Assembly (NCBI RefSeq): GCF_035084215.1
Contig: NC_090354.1
Location: forward strand, 21,762,001 to 21,826,000
Direction of reading: 5' to 3'
DNA length: 64,000 bases
Source: Heptranchias perlo
Lineage: Eukaryota
The notes under the pieces were generated by a model that was given only the letters and a program-made list of their open reading frames with translations, made no database searches and was not told where the DNA came from. This document shows positions 26,560 through 37,999 of this stretch, in pieces. The position numbers and the translations under genes were made by a program. Position 1 is the first letter of the stretch, and every line of letters begins with the position of its first letter.

Positions 26560-28170
26560 CTCCTATTTCCCCTCATACCTTCTCTGAGTTCATCTTGTCC
26601 CTGAGACCCACCTCCTGCTCGACCCTGTTCCAACTGAACTGCTGACCACCCGACTTCCCTTCCTGGCCCTCATGATAGCTGATACTGTAAGCAGTTTCCT
26701 CTCTTCAGGTACTGTCCCCCTCAAATCTGCTGTCATCACCCTCTTTTTAAAAAAAAACACTCTTGACCTCCTCTGTCCTTGCAAATTATGGTCCCATCTC
26801 CAACCTCCCTTTCCTCTCCAAAGTCCTTGAACATGTTGTCACCTCCCAAATCCATGCCCATCTTTCTAGCAACTCCATGTTTGAACCTCTCCAGTCAGGT
26901 TTCCACCCTTGCAACAGCACTGAAACGGCCCTAATAAAAGTCACGAATTACACCCTCTGTGACTGTGACCATGGTGCACTAACCCCCCTCGTCCTTCTCG
27001 ATCTCTCTGCAGCCATTGACACGGTTGACTACACTATCCTCCCCAATGCCTCCCATCCATTGTCCAGCTGAGTGAGTCTGCCCTCGCCTTGTTCCACTCT
27101 TGCCTATCCATTCAGCTGCAATGGCTTCTCTTCGCGTCTTTGCACCGTTACCTCTGGAGTCCCCCAAGGATCTGTCCTTGGCCCCCTTCTATTTCTCATC
27201 TACGTGCTACCCCTCAGTACCCAAAGACATGACGTCAGGTTCCACGTGTATGCTGACGACACCTAGCTCTACCTCACCACCACCTCTCTCAACTCCTCCA
27301 CCGCCTCTGTGTTGTCAGACTGTTTTTCCCACATAGAGCCCTGGATGAGCCGTAATTTCCTCCAATTAAACATCAGGAAGACCGAAGCCATTGTCCTCGG
27401 CCCCCACCACAAACTGTTCCCTTGCCACTGATTCCATCCCCTTCCCTGGCCACTGTCTCAGGCTGAACGAGAGCGTGCGCAACCTCAGCGTCCTACTTGA
27501 CCCTGAGCTGAGCTTCTGACCCTATATCCTGTCCCACCACAAAGACTTCCACCTCCGTAACTTCACCCATCTCTGCCCCTGCCTCAGCACATCTGTTGCT
27601 GAAACCCTCGTTCATTTTTACCTCCAGAATCTACTATTCCAATGCTCTCCTGGCCAGCCTCCCATCTTCCACCCTCCATAAACTTCAGCTCATCCAAAAC
27701 TCTGCTGCCCATGTCCTAACCAGCACCAACTCCCGCTCACCCATCACCCCTGTGCTCGCTGACCTACATTGGCTCCTGGCCTACCAATGCCTCGATTTAA
27801 AAAAAATTCTCATCCAGGTGTTCAAATTCGTCCCTTGCCTCACCCCACCCTATCTCTGTAACCCCTTCTAGTCCTACAGCCCTCCAAGCACTCTGCGTTA
27901 CTCCAACTCTGGCCTACTTGGCATCTCCCACTCCCTTCACCCCAACAATTTGGTGGCCGTGCCTACAGCCATCTAGACCCTAAGCTCTGGAATTCCCCCC
28001 CTAAAGCGCTCGAGCTCGCTCTCCTCCTTTAAGACCCTCCTTAAAACCTACCTTTTTTTCCAAGCTTTTAGCCACCCGCCCTAATATCTCCTTTTGCTCG
28101 GTGTTAAAATTTGTCTGATTATACTCCTGTGAAGCACCTTGAGACGTATTCCTACAAATAAATGCAAGTC
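26560..28170 (+). mobile_element. L2 LINE, 5'-truncated, degenerate RT
   Basis: [73 protein letters not shown] and ITPVLADLHWL motifs, plus the L2 3' end. Confidence 0.93.
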
Positions 28171-30099
28171 TTTTTTTAACCTATGCATGGTTGTTGATTT
28201 GAGATAGTTGAAAGATGTAGCCTTGCGTTTTTGTATAATTTTAAAGGAGGTTGGATTGAATTTATATGGGAAGCTTACTTTATCTGAGGATCAGTCTATA
28301 GTCAGAGTTTCTTAGCTCCTTTAAGTGTTGGGCCAGCCAGCAAAATAGCTGAGCTTGATTTCAAATGGTTGCCTGTTTCACAGGGTAAGAAATGAGGCTG
28401 TATTTAAGTCTGTGTTTAGAGAAAAAGCAAGTGGCAGCTTTATTATTTTATACTGTTTATTGTTCATCTGTCTTGCATAAATAAAGCCACTTGTTGGTTC
28501 TGAGTCTGGGAAGAGTACACATTCAATCTGCTTTGAAAGAGAGGAAATTCATGATGACGTATTATACATTCCAGTAGCCTGTGTACAGAGTAACGGTTCT
28601 CTGTTACAATCCTTGGTCTCACTGTCGTTTACCTAGATATTGGGCCGAAAAAGACACACCCTGTATCATAGAGGATGTGAGGCCCACTTATAGAAGTGGC
28701 CAGTGATGCTGAACCCGAGTATGTATCAAGCATAAAAAGTCATGTGACAATCTTACTGAATTTAATATCACATTAATTGTGTTTACAAAACTGAACATGT
28801 GAGAAGTTAGAAACAAATATTAACATTTTATGTTAAAACAAATGAGTTTGGGAAAGGTAGTAGTAAATGCTCACTTAAATACAGGGTATGTATGTTGGAG
28901 GAAGTAAAGAATTTGGAAATATTTGCACAGTGATGAAAAGTATCTTTTTAGTGACCGTGTAATAAATTAAAAAGTTAATTCTGGGAAGACTGAAGTAGTA
29001 TTTTGCTCTCATTGTAAATTCCCCTTTTTATGATCTCCAAAGATCATATTTCTTGTTTGTTTATTATCTGCTCCTCAGGTGCCCTTTGAATAGCATTTGG
29101 CAAGATTAGAATAATTTCATCCACAGGCAGTATTGGCAAAGAATAGACAGTTTTCCTTTGGATGCTAGTTGAGTTCTACAGTGCTCTCCCTCAATCAATA
29201 TCGGTCAAATATTGTTGTTTGTTATGAACATAGCACAATTGATCAAGTTTTGGTTTGAGAAGTGAATCATGACTGTTAATTGACATTCAGGAAGGAAAAC
29301 TATGGCATTTTGGTATAAAATAATCAGGACCCACAATCTGTTTCCTAGACTAGTGCTGGCTAAAATATCCTGAGTTCACAGTTAACCAATAAACTAAGTT
29401 GAACGCACTTGGTTTAGGAAGTGAACTGTGCTTCATGATTGACACCAGGAGCCTTATGCTGAACTTTGTTCTGCAAAGTGACCTTACAGCAGATAGCACT
29501 GATCTGTCTGCAATTAGACACAATGCTAATTGTAATTTTTCAAATCATGGCTAATGTTTATTTGTTCCTTTGCCATACCAAAATTTTGGCAGCTATCTAC
29601 AGGAGCGGAAAGTTTTGTTTTTGGCCATGTGTCGTGTAATACATGGATCATAAATGGCAACAAATGACTTTGTAACATTTTCACATTTTACCTGGAAACA
29701 TTTGGTTCTTTAAATTTGCATGGAATTATTTTACATCAACAAAACATTTTTGGAGCCAGGTTTTGATTTTCTTTTAAATGTTGGTGCTAGAACACACACT
29801 AAATGTCAATAGATTAAAAATCTACTGGTGATCAGTGCATGATTTTTTGGTTCTAATTCAAAACTGTAGACCTGTTGGTGACCCAAATGATTATCGAATT
29901 GAGGATTACCTATAAAGAAGTGTAATAACCACAGTGGAGGAGGAGCCCTATCCTTGGATGTCAAAAGGAGATTGTGTGAGACCAAAAGCTGGACCTTAAC
30001 AAAATCAGAGGCTGGGTACTTTTTGATATTGGGTGGGATAGGGATAGGGAGGGGGTGTGGGGACGGCTATGACATAATAGCATGCTATGATAAGATTGT

Positions 30100-30290
30100 G
30101 ATGGTAGATCATGTACCATATGGCTGAAGATCACTATCCTCAGAGAGTGTTTGAACGGATCACACGTGGGAAAAACACCATGTGGAAAGCCAAACCTGAT
30201 ATGGTGGGATTGTGTAAGGGAAGACTCAAATGTTAAGAATGATAACGGACAGAAGGCTGTGACAGCCGGCAGAGGGAATTGCAGGATGAT
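30100..30290 (+). mobile_element. Possible RTE-clade LINE C-terminal remnant
   Basis: GKTPCGKPNLIWWDCVRED resembles the RTE GxRxRGRPxxRWxDxVxxD motif. Confidence 0.45.
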
Positions 30291-30300
30291 GAGGTCATAT

Positions 30301-30450
30301 GGGGGTAATTTTCAACTTGGCTGCCTGGGTGGTAAACTGGTGGAGCGAATCTCCTTCCCGTTGCAGAACCCAATCGGGCAGGTTTCATAAAGGGAGGGTG
30401 ATCTGTTCCACCAGGTTACTGCCCAGGCAATGAAATTGAAAATTACCCCC
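30301..30450. mobile_element. 150-bp fold-back MITE (Harbinger/Tourist-like)
   Basis: TIR GGGGGTAATTTTCAA / TTGAAAATTACCCCC; arms complementary over most of the length; ATG at both boundaries is compatible with a 3-bp TSD. Confidence 0.85.
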
Positions 30451-32002
30451 ATGGTGTCTGCAATGAATCTGGTTATGATGATTGATTGCAATGATTGAAC
30501 TGAGGGATGTCACTGCGGAACATTTGAACACTTTAGGCATCTATTGTCAGCATCAAAATCAGGTAGTACGTTGCAGGATGCAGTGCAAAGGTTACTCAGC
30601 TCTGATCCAGCAATGTGCTTTAACCATGCCCTGGGTTAATTTCAAAAGAGCAGCCCTAATCCAGCATGGAATTTTTTCACTCCCCATGCTAACCATTTTA
30701 TGGCCTTTGAATGACAAAAGGCATTTCAACCCATGAAGCCTATCTCCCTACAGATTATGTACAGTCTGGACTCTATCAAACTTTCACCTTACACTCACCC
30801 AAATGCATACATGCAAATTTACACCATCTATAAAATGACACAGTACATGCCTAACCATGCAAGTGCATTCTTTCCATGACCCTAACAGCTCAGGAAATGT
30901 TGTTTTCTGCAGGGTACTTGAATAGTTTTATCTGCGCTTGCCAATTATAAATTTTAATCCTGTTCCTAATCAAATATTTATCCAATCTTTCTTCAAGGGA
31001 GAGCCCATCAGATTATGGCCACTTTTTTGTATTGTAGGTCTGTGCCCACTCAGAGCTGGGTTTAGACTTCTGATTTATTTCACATAGGACACTTGGGTAG
31101 TATACCATCATATCTGCAGCCTCAAGTGATCTCTGCATGAACTCACCTGGGACAGATTTACCTCTGGGTCCCTATGGCAGCACAACTTTAATGGACGGAA
31201 CTTCTGCTTGGCCCAGGCAAGCGCCTCTATCCTCATTTTTCTCAGTCACAATCATTATCATAAGTTTGGTGGTCTCCCGATGGTGTTTCCACCGCCACTA
31301 GTATACCTGTCTCAGGTGTGGAGAAGGAAACGGCTGTGGTGCCAGCTGTACTGCAGCATAACCAGTGGCCTCGGCAGCAGACCGAAAAATTTTGAATAAA
31401 AAAAATCTCCTGCTTTGCCTGATGCTGTTGCTCACTGTGCTATTGATTGCACTAGGCAAGTCATTCCTTTAAAGTTTAAATTCCATCATGTACCATTTTA
31501 GCAACCCTGTCACCAGGAACATACTGATATTCCTGGTGCAAATGACTAGAAATACATCTCCAGAAGACTGCAGTTAGCCCATGACTGAATCACAGTCAAA
31601 ACCAACTAACAATTTACTCCTTATAACTGAGAATGCCCTTTTCACTCAGGAACTTGTCAGGGTTCCCCACTAGCGGACTGTAGTGACTCCATACTCTTCA
31701 TTACTTGATAGATGCTAGGAACAAACTAACCTAACTTTCTGTCAATGGATTTGTAGGCATGGCCTCTGGTCCTATTATCCATATCCATTTCAAAAGTACT
31801 ACTACCTACACAACTCAAACTGTAGTTCCTATCTTCACAGAACTACATTCATTCCTGGGGATGTGAATTATGCTAATTACAGGTAATCTATATAATCACA
31901 ATTAGATTAATTTTTTCCAATATTTTTAGTAAATAACCATTGTATAAAGTTGACTTCAAATTACCCGTAGTATCTTCTCCCAACTTTTAATGTGTTTTGC
32001 TT

Positions 32003-33722
32003 TAGAAGTCCTAAATGAATATTTCACATCAGTATTTACGGTTGAGAAAGGCATGGATATAAGGGAACTTGGGGAAATAAATAGTGATGTCTTGAGGAGT
32101 GTACATATTACAGAGAGGGAGGTGCTGGAAGTCTTAACGCGCATCAAGGTAGATAAATCTCCGGGACCTGATGAAATGTATCCCAGGACGTTATGGGAAG
32201 TTAGGGAGGAAATTGCGGGTCCCCTAGCAGAGATATTTGAATCATCGACAGCTACGGGTGAGGTGCCTGAGGATTGGAGGGTAGCAAATGTTGTGCCTTT
32301 GTTTAAGAAGGGCGGCAGGGAAAAGCCTGGGAACTACAGACCGGTGAGCCTGACATCTGTAGTGGGTAAGTTGTTAGAGGGTATTCTGAGGGACAGGATC
32401 TACAGGCATTTGGAGAGGCAGGGACTGATTAGGAACAGTCAGCATGGTTTTGTGAGAGGAAAATCATGTCTCACGAATTTGATTGAGTTTATTGAAGGGG
32501 TAACCAAGAAGATAGATGAGGGCTGTGCAGTAGACGTGGTCTACATGGACTTTAGCAAAGCCTTTGACAAGGTACCGCATGGTAGGTTGTTACATAAGGT
32601 TAAATCTCACGGGATCCAAGGTGAGGTAGCCAATTGGATACAAAATTAGATTGACGACAGAAGACAGAGGGTGGTTGTAGAAGGTTGTTTTTCAAACTGG
32701 AGGCCTGTGACCAGCGGTGTGCCTCAGGGATCGGTGCTGGGTCCGCTGTTATTTGTTATTTATATTAATGATTTGGATGAGAATTTAGGAGGCATAGTTA
32801 GTAAGTTTGCAGATGACACCAAGATTGGTGGCATTGTGGACAGTGAAGAAGGTTATCTAGGATTGCAACGGGATCTTGATAAATTGGGCCAGTGGGCCGA
32901 TGAATGGCAGATGGAGTTTAATTTAGATAAATGTGAGGTGATGCATTTTGGTAGATCGAATCGGGCCAGGACCTACTCCATTAATGGTAGGACGTTGGGG
33001 AGAGTTATAGAACAAAGAGATCTAGGAGTACAGGTTCATAGCTCCTTGAAAGTGGAGTCACAGGTGCGTAGGGTGGTGAAGAAGGCATTCAGCATGCTTG
33101 GTTTCATTGGTCAGAACATTGAATACAGGAGTTGGGATGTCTTGTTGAAGTTGTACAAGACATTAGTAAGGCCACACTTGGAATACTGTGTACAGTTCTG
33201 GTCACCCTATTATAGAAAGGATATTATTAAACTAGAAAGAGTGCAGAAAAGATTTACTAGGATGCTACCGGGACTTGATGGTTTGACTTATAGGGAGAGA
33301 TTGGATAGACTGAGACTTTTTTCCCTGGAGAGTAGGAGGTTTAGGGGTGATCTTACAGAAGTCTATAAAATAATGAGGGGCATAGATAAGGTAGATAGTC
33401 AATATCTTTTCCCAAAGGTAGGGGAGTCTATAACGAGGGGGCATAGATTTAAGGTGAGAGGGGAGAGATACAAAAGGGTCCAGAGGGGCAATTTTTTCAC
33501 TTAAAGGGGGTGAGTGTCTAGAACGAGCTGCCAGAGGCAGTAGTAGAGGCGGGTACAATTTTGTCTTTTAAAAAGCATTTGGACAGTTACATGGGTAAGA
33601 TGGGTATAGAGGGATATGGGCCAAGTGCAGGCAATTGGGACTAGCTTAGTGGTATAAACTGGGCGACATGGACATGTTGGGCCGAAGGGCCTGTTTCCAT
33701 GTTGTAAACTTCTATGATTCTA
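32003..33722 (+). mobile_element. Young, 5'-truncated CR1 LINE (ORF2 RT almost intact)
   Basis: ORFs 31990-32649 and 32671-33504 are one frame broken by a single TAG. Motifs [39 protein letters not shown] and KFADD; tail TTCTATGATTCTA. Confidence 0.97.
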
Positions 33723-34329
33723 AGTGTTTGCAACTGGAGCAGCTAGATCAACTGTCTTAATTTGGGGCGCATTTGTAGTGAAAATGGTTCTACAGTATTT
33801 TTCTTAAGCGTCCTGGCGCGGATCAGATTTCCATCACAGCCACAACGGTTATGTACATTGGAATATGTAATTTTCTTTTCTTTTTAATCTTGACTATGTT
33901 GCATTTTTTTCTGAATACCTATTTTCTCTCAGCAAAAGCATTGTTATTCAACAACCTTAACCAATTCTAGCCATCATCTAAGAGCAGTCATTTGCTCTCT
34001 ACAAAGCCTCAAAATGTTGGGACTTGATTTTGCCCAAAAATGAGGATGGGAAGGAATCTCCTCCCAAATAAATACTTAAGACCAAATGTTTTGATTAAAA
34101 ATGTCCTTTTGAAATGTATGTAATTTGGAAATGAGATACATTTGTCACTTTGTGCTCAAAGTAAGGACAAAAAAGCATTGGGAATTGTGTTAACATACAA
34201 GGTATTGAATTTTGCTGTTATTCACTGACACATACCCTGGTAATACTGTAAAATTACATTTCAGGTCCTACCTTGTGGCATTTATCACTGAGTAATGTAC
34301 TTTTATGGAATAAAGAACCTAGAAAACTT

Positions 34330-34900
34330 TATCAACAACAACTGCTTGTACATAAAAGGCACCATATAAATACAAGACATCCCAAGGCATTTTACAAAGA
34401 AAGAATAAAAGGAAGAGATGCTGAGCCATGGGTGTGAGGTTGAGCGAGGTGACTGAAGGTCAGATTGAAAAGATGGATTTTGAGAAGGTTTTTAAAGCAG
34501 ACCACAGAACAGAATTTTTAAAAAGTTCATTTTCAGGACATGGCATCGCTGGCAAGGCTGCAATTTATTATCCATTCCTTGTTGCCCTAAAAAGGGGGTG
34601 GTGGGCTGCCTTCTTGAACCGCTGCAGTCTTTGTAGTGGTTTGATACAACTGAGTGGCTTGCTCGGCCATTTCATATGGCAGTTAAATGTCAACTACATT
34701 GGTGTGGGATTGAAGTCACAAATAGGCTAGACCAGGTAAGAACGGCAGGTTTCTTAAAGAACGTTAGTGAACCAGTTGGGTTTTTACAACATTCAAATAG
34801 CTTTTTTTAATGAATTCAAATCTCAAACTGCCATGGTAGGATTTAAACACTCAGGTCTCTGGATTACTAGTCCAGCAACATAACGATTACACTACCAAAT
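34330..34900 (-). mobile_element. L2 3' end (34330-34505) plus a tRNA-headed SINE-like element (34515-34895)
   Basis: L2 tail reverse complement at 34335-34400; 34730-34895 is the reverse complement homologue of 41020-41240. Confidence 0.65.
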
Positions 34901-34975
34901 TATATATGCTGCATTGATGTAAAGTACGACGCATTGTAGCTTTGAGAAGTGCCAAGGTGAGTGAGGTGTGGGTTC

Positions 34976-34999
34976 TGTGTGTGTGTGTGTGTGTGTGTG
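34976..34999. repeat. (TG)n microsatellite
   Basis: Direct observation. Confidence 0.95.
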
Positions 35000-36740
35000 T
35001 TAGTGTAAAGTACTTGTTCCTTACTTAATGTAATGAAGTTAAAGCTTCGACCAAACTGCTTTATTCAGTGTAGCATGTTTTTTTCATGTCACCATAGGTT
35101 GCCGAATTATATTGAGATTTTCATGATGGTCATTCACTACGGTTAAGTGGCAACTGACATGACATCATACATACTATGACACCCTTTCGCAATAATCCTA
35201 TAAGGGAAAGTGTAAATTTGTTAGCTGATTTAAGCAAAGATCTACAATTTTTTTTGCTGGAGTTTTATGTAAGCCATTTGTGAAGATAGCCTTGCCTCAC
35301 ATGTCACTGTTATTATCCAGTTGCTTTGGCCTCTTCATTTGTGAAATAAATTCTTTATTCCATTTTATGTTCTCTTGAGAATTTGTATCTCTTGCAGGAA
35401 TTTTTTCACTTTTTTTATAAAAAAGAAAGTAAGATACATACAGTTGTTTGTGTTTAGAAAACATAGTTCTGTGAGATCACATATTCTGTGATTATTAGCA
35501 GCATCTTCATGTGCCTGCACCAAATAGAAGGATGTAAGTTTGGATTCCACTCCCCCCACCCCCCCCCTCCTCCCTCCACTACCTAAGCTTCCAATATCAG
35601 CCATATCACTGGAAGTGTCTGACTTTTGCTTGGACCTCACTCTGAGAAGAGAAAATTGGAGGGGGATTCTTTGGGCTAGTTGAAGAATGGCATTTTGGAG
35701 ACCTGGCAATATGTCTTCCAGCTTCATGCCAACTGGAGGTAAATGACCCACCTACACCTGATTGAGGGATTTCACAATCTCATAGAAATAGTTTATATTT
35801 CTATCCATTTTTCTTGGTCTACTCATAACAGAACTCCCAGTTTCATAGTCGTTTGAAATGTAATATATTTCAAACTCTACTCCTTATTTCTACATTAGGA
35901 TTTTCAGCTGTGGTTAAGGATATCAAAAATGCTACATTTTATTTTCTCCTTATTTTGTTTAAAGTGTATATGTGCCAGAATTTTAACTTCTGTGACAACT
36001 TAACCTTTATATGTGTATATTTTTGTCTGGTTACCAATGCAAATAAAAAAGTTAGTGCTAGAATAAAACATTTTCCCACATTTGTATACTCGCGCCAACT
36101 TTTTTGCGCTCACAAAATATGGAGGAAAATATACCTGATAATTCTTGGAACTTTTGATGTAAAGGATTCAGAGTTAATGATCTGTTGAATACTAGAGGAC
36201 ATTTCTATGCACGATACAGTCAACCAGCCACAGTCAAGAGCTGACCAGTGTCAACATATGAGATCCATGAGCTTAATTGTAGTTATTGGGATCTAGACTC
36301 CAGGTTTTAGTGGTGCAAGATGAATATGCTTATTCTTTAACATTCTATTTGTTAATAGATTTTCAATTTATCCAAGGAATTTCTATTCACTTGATTTATT
36401 ACTGTGGTGGATTAATTGTTAACTTAATCACTGTGTTAAATTGGAAAACTTTAATAGAATGACAATGGAATTGTGCTCATTGATCTGTAGATAGTATATC
36501 TTGTTGCAAATTATTCTAAATAAATTAATAAAACTGAATTACAGGAAAAATTTGGTAATTATGTTCATAGAAAGAAGCTGAAGATTCTTGCGAGGTGTAT
36601 ATATGGGCCTGATAATGTGATGGAGCCATACATGTTTAAAGAGGCTACTGTTATGCTTTCTCACAGTTATTGTCAAACTGCCAAATGTACTAAGTTCACT
36701 GATTTTCAGGTAATGATAGGATTTTTGTTTCTTATTACAG

Positions 36741-37150
36741 CTAAAGATTGAAAAGGTTTCCATCTACCCTTTGGTTGAGTACCCTCTACAGGAGAATGTC
36801 TGTTTCCATTGTACATGTTTGATGAACAAACAGAGCAGCGTATGTTTGAGCCTCACCTCTGTGATGACAACATTGTTGTGGTAAGACGGAAGCAGTCGTT
36901 TGTTGCTAACAAAATAGTGCTGACTGCTTTCAGCTGGTTCTCTCTATTACTCTTCACACAGACCAAGTGGTTGCAGCAATTTGAACTCATTACTGAGGTC
37001 TTAACATCGCAAAGTTTCAATCAGATCCTATGCTTTATTTATACATCTAGCCTTAATGTGATTGCATGCGATGTATGGGAGGTGGTAAATATAGTCAGGG
37101 TCCTTCAGACGAGTCACATTGCCAACTCTTGCAAGAATCTGATTGACAGC
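36741..37150 (+). pseudogene. Degenerate, frameshifted BTB/POZ domain of ZBTB47 type at the 5' end of the large exon
   Basis: Frame from 36741 reads LKIEKVSIYPLVEYPLQENVCFHCTCLMNK; after a 2-nt offset (36831-36832) the main frame reads EQRMFEPHLCDDNIVVVRRKQSFVANKIVLTAFSWFSLLLFTQTKWLQQFELITEVLTSQSFNQILCFIYTSSLNVIACDVWEVVNIVRVLQTSHIANSC. This is collinear with the recalled ZBTB47 BTB. Confidence 0.85.
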
Positions 37151-37999
37151 TGTGCTTCGTATGTTGCTGGAATGGCCCAGGAGGGAAAGCAGTGCTCTCA
37201 GATCTCACCTCCATTTTATTGTAATGCTGACAAAGAACTTGATTTATCCACCAAGATTTACCCGAGAGAAGGGAATAAACCTTATTTGGTGAAAGTTGAG
37301 GATACGATGGCGAAACGACACTTGAAAGCAAGAGACCAAACGTATTATGAAGAAAGTAAGCAAGTTGAAGATGTTCATGGAATGGAAGGAGATGCAGAAG
37401 ACTCTGATGACTCAGATGACCAACGATCCTATAACCGGGAACAAATCATAGTTGAGGTGAACCTTAATAACCAGACTTTACATGTTTCAAAAGGGGCAGA
37501 AGGTGTGTCTTCACGGTCTGAGAAAAATGCCATGGTTGACTCCAGTGATGGGGAAAATGAAGATGGGGATGATGAAGAGGATGAAGATGCGGATGAGGAA
37601 GAGGAGGAGGAGGATGACATTGACTCTGAAGATGATGGACAAGACGATGAAGAAATAGAAGAAGACAACATCAAACACAGAAAACCCAAGGAAACTACCA
37701 GAATGGGGACAGCAGAAGCAACTCCTTCAAGAGAAAGCACAAAGATTGTAATGCCTGAGCAGAGAAAGAGAAAAAGTAAAGACTCTAAAGCTCCAACCCA
37801 GAAAGGAAAGCAGATTGAGGAAAAACAGAATCTCACCTGTGAGAAATGTCCCAGAGTCTTCAACAATCGCTGGTATCTTGAAAAACACATGAATGTCACT
37901 CACAGTCGAATGCAGATCTGTGACAAGTGTGGAAAAAAATTTGTGCTGGAAAGTGAACTCGTCCTTCATCAACAAACTGAGTGTGAAAAGAATATTCAG
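36815..37999 (+). CDS. ZNF652: ZNF652 first coding exon (degenerate BTB relic, acidic region, first C2H2 fingers); start codon uncertain (ATG at 36815, 36842 or 37172)
   Basis: Translation contains SHIANSCKNLIDSCASYVAGMAQE, ELDLSTKIY, REQIIVEVNLNNQTLHVSKG, a D/E tract and LTCEKCPRVFNNRWYLEKHMNVTHSRMQICDKCGKKFVLESELVLHQQTECEKNIQ, matching recalled ZNF652. Acceptor ttgtttcttattacag at 36740; phase-0 donor CAG|GTAGGC at 38000. Confidence 0.93.

Noticed and set aside
36822-36840. Programmed ribosomal frameshift restoring the BTB
   Set aside because: No X XXY YYZ slippery heptamer or obvious stimulatory structure, and two residues are missing relative to ZBTB47, which fits a deletion.
37429-37899. 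156-aa Ser-rich antisense ORF
   Set aside because: Shadow of the GAR/GAY-rich acidic region of ZNF652.
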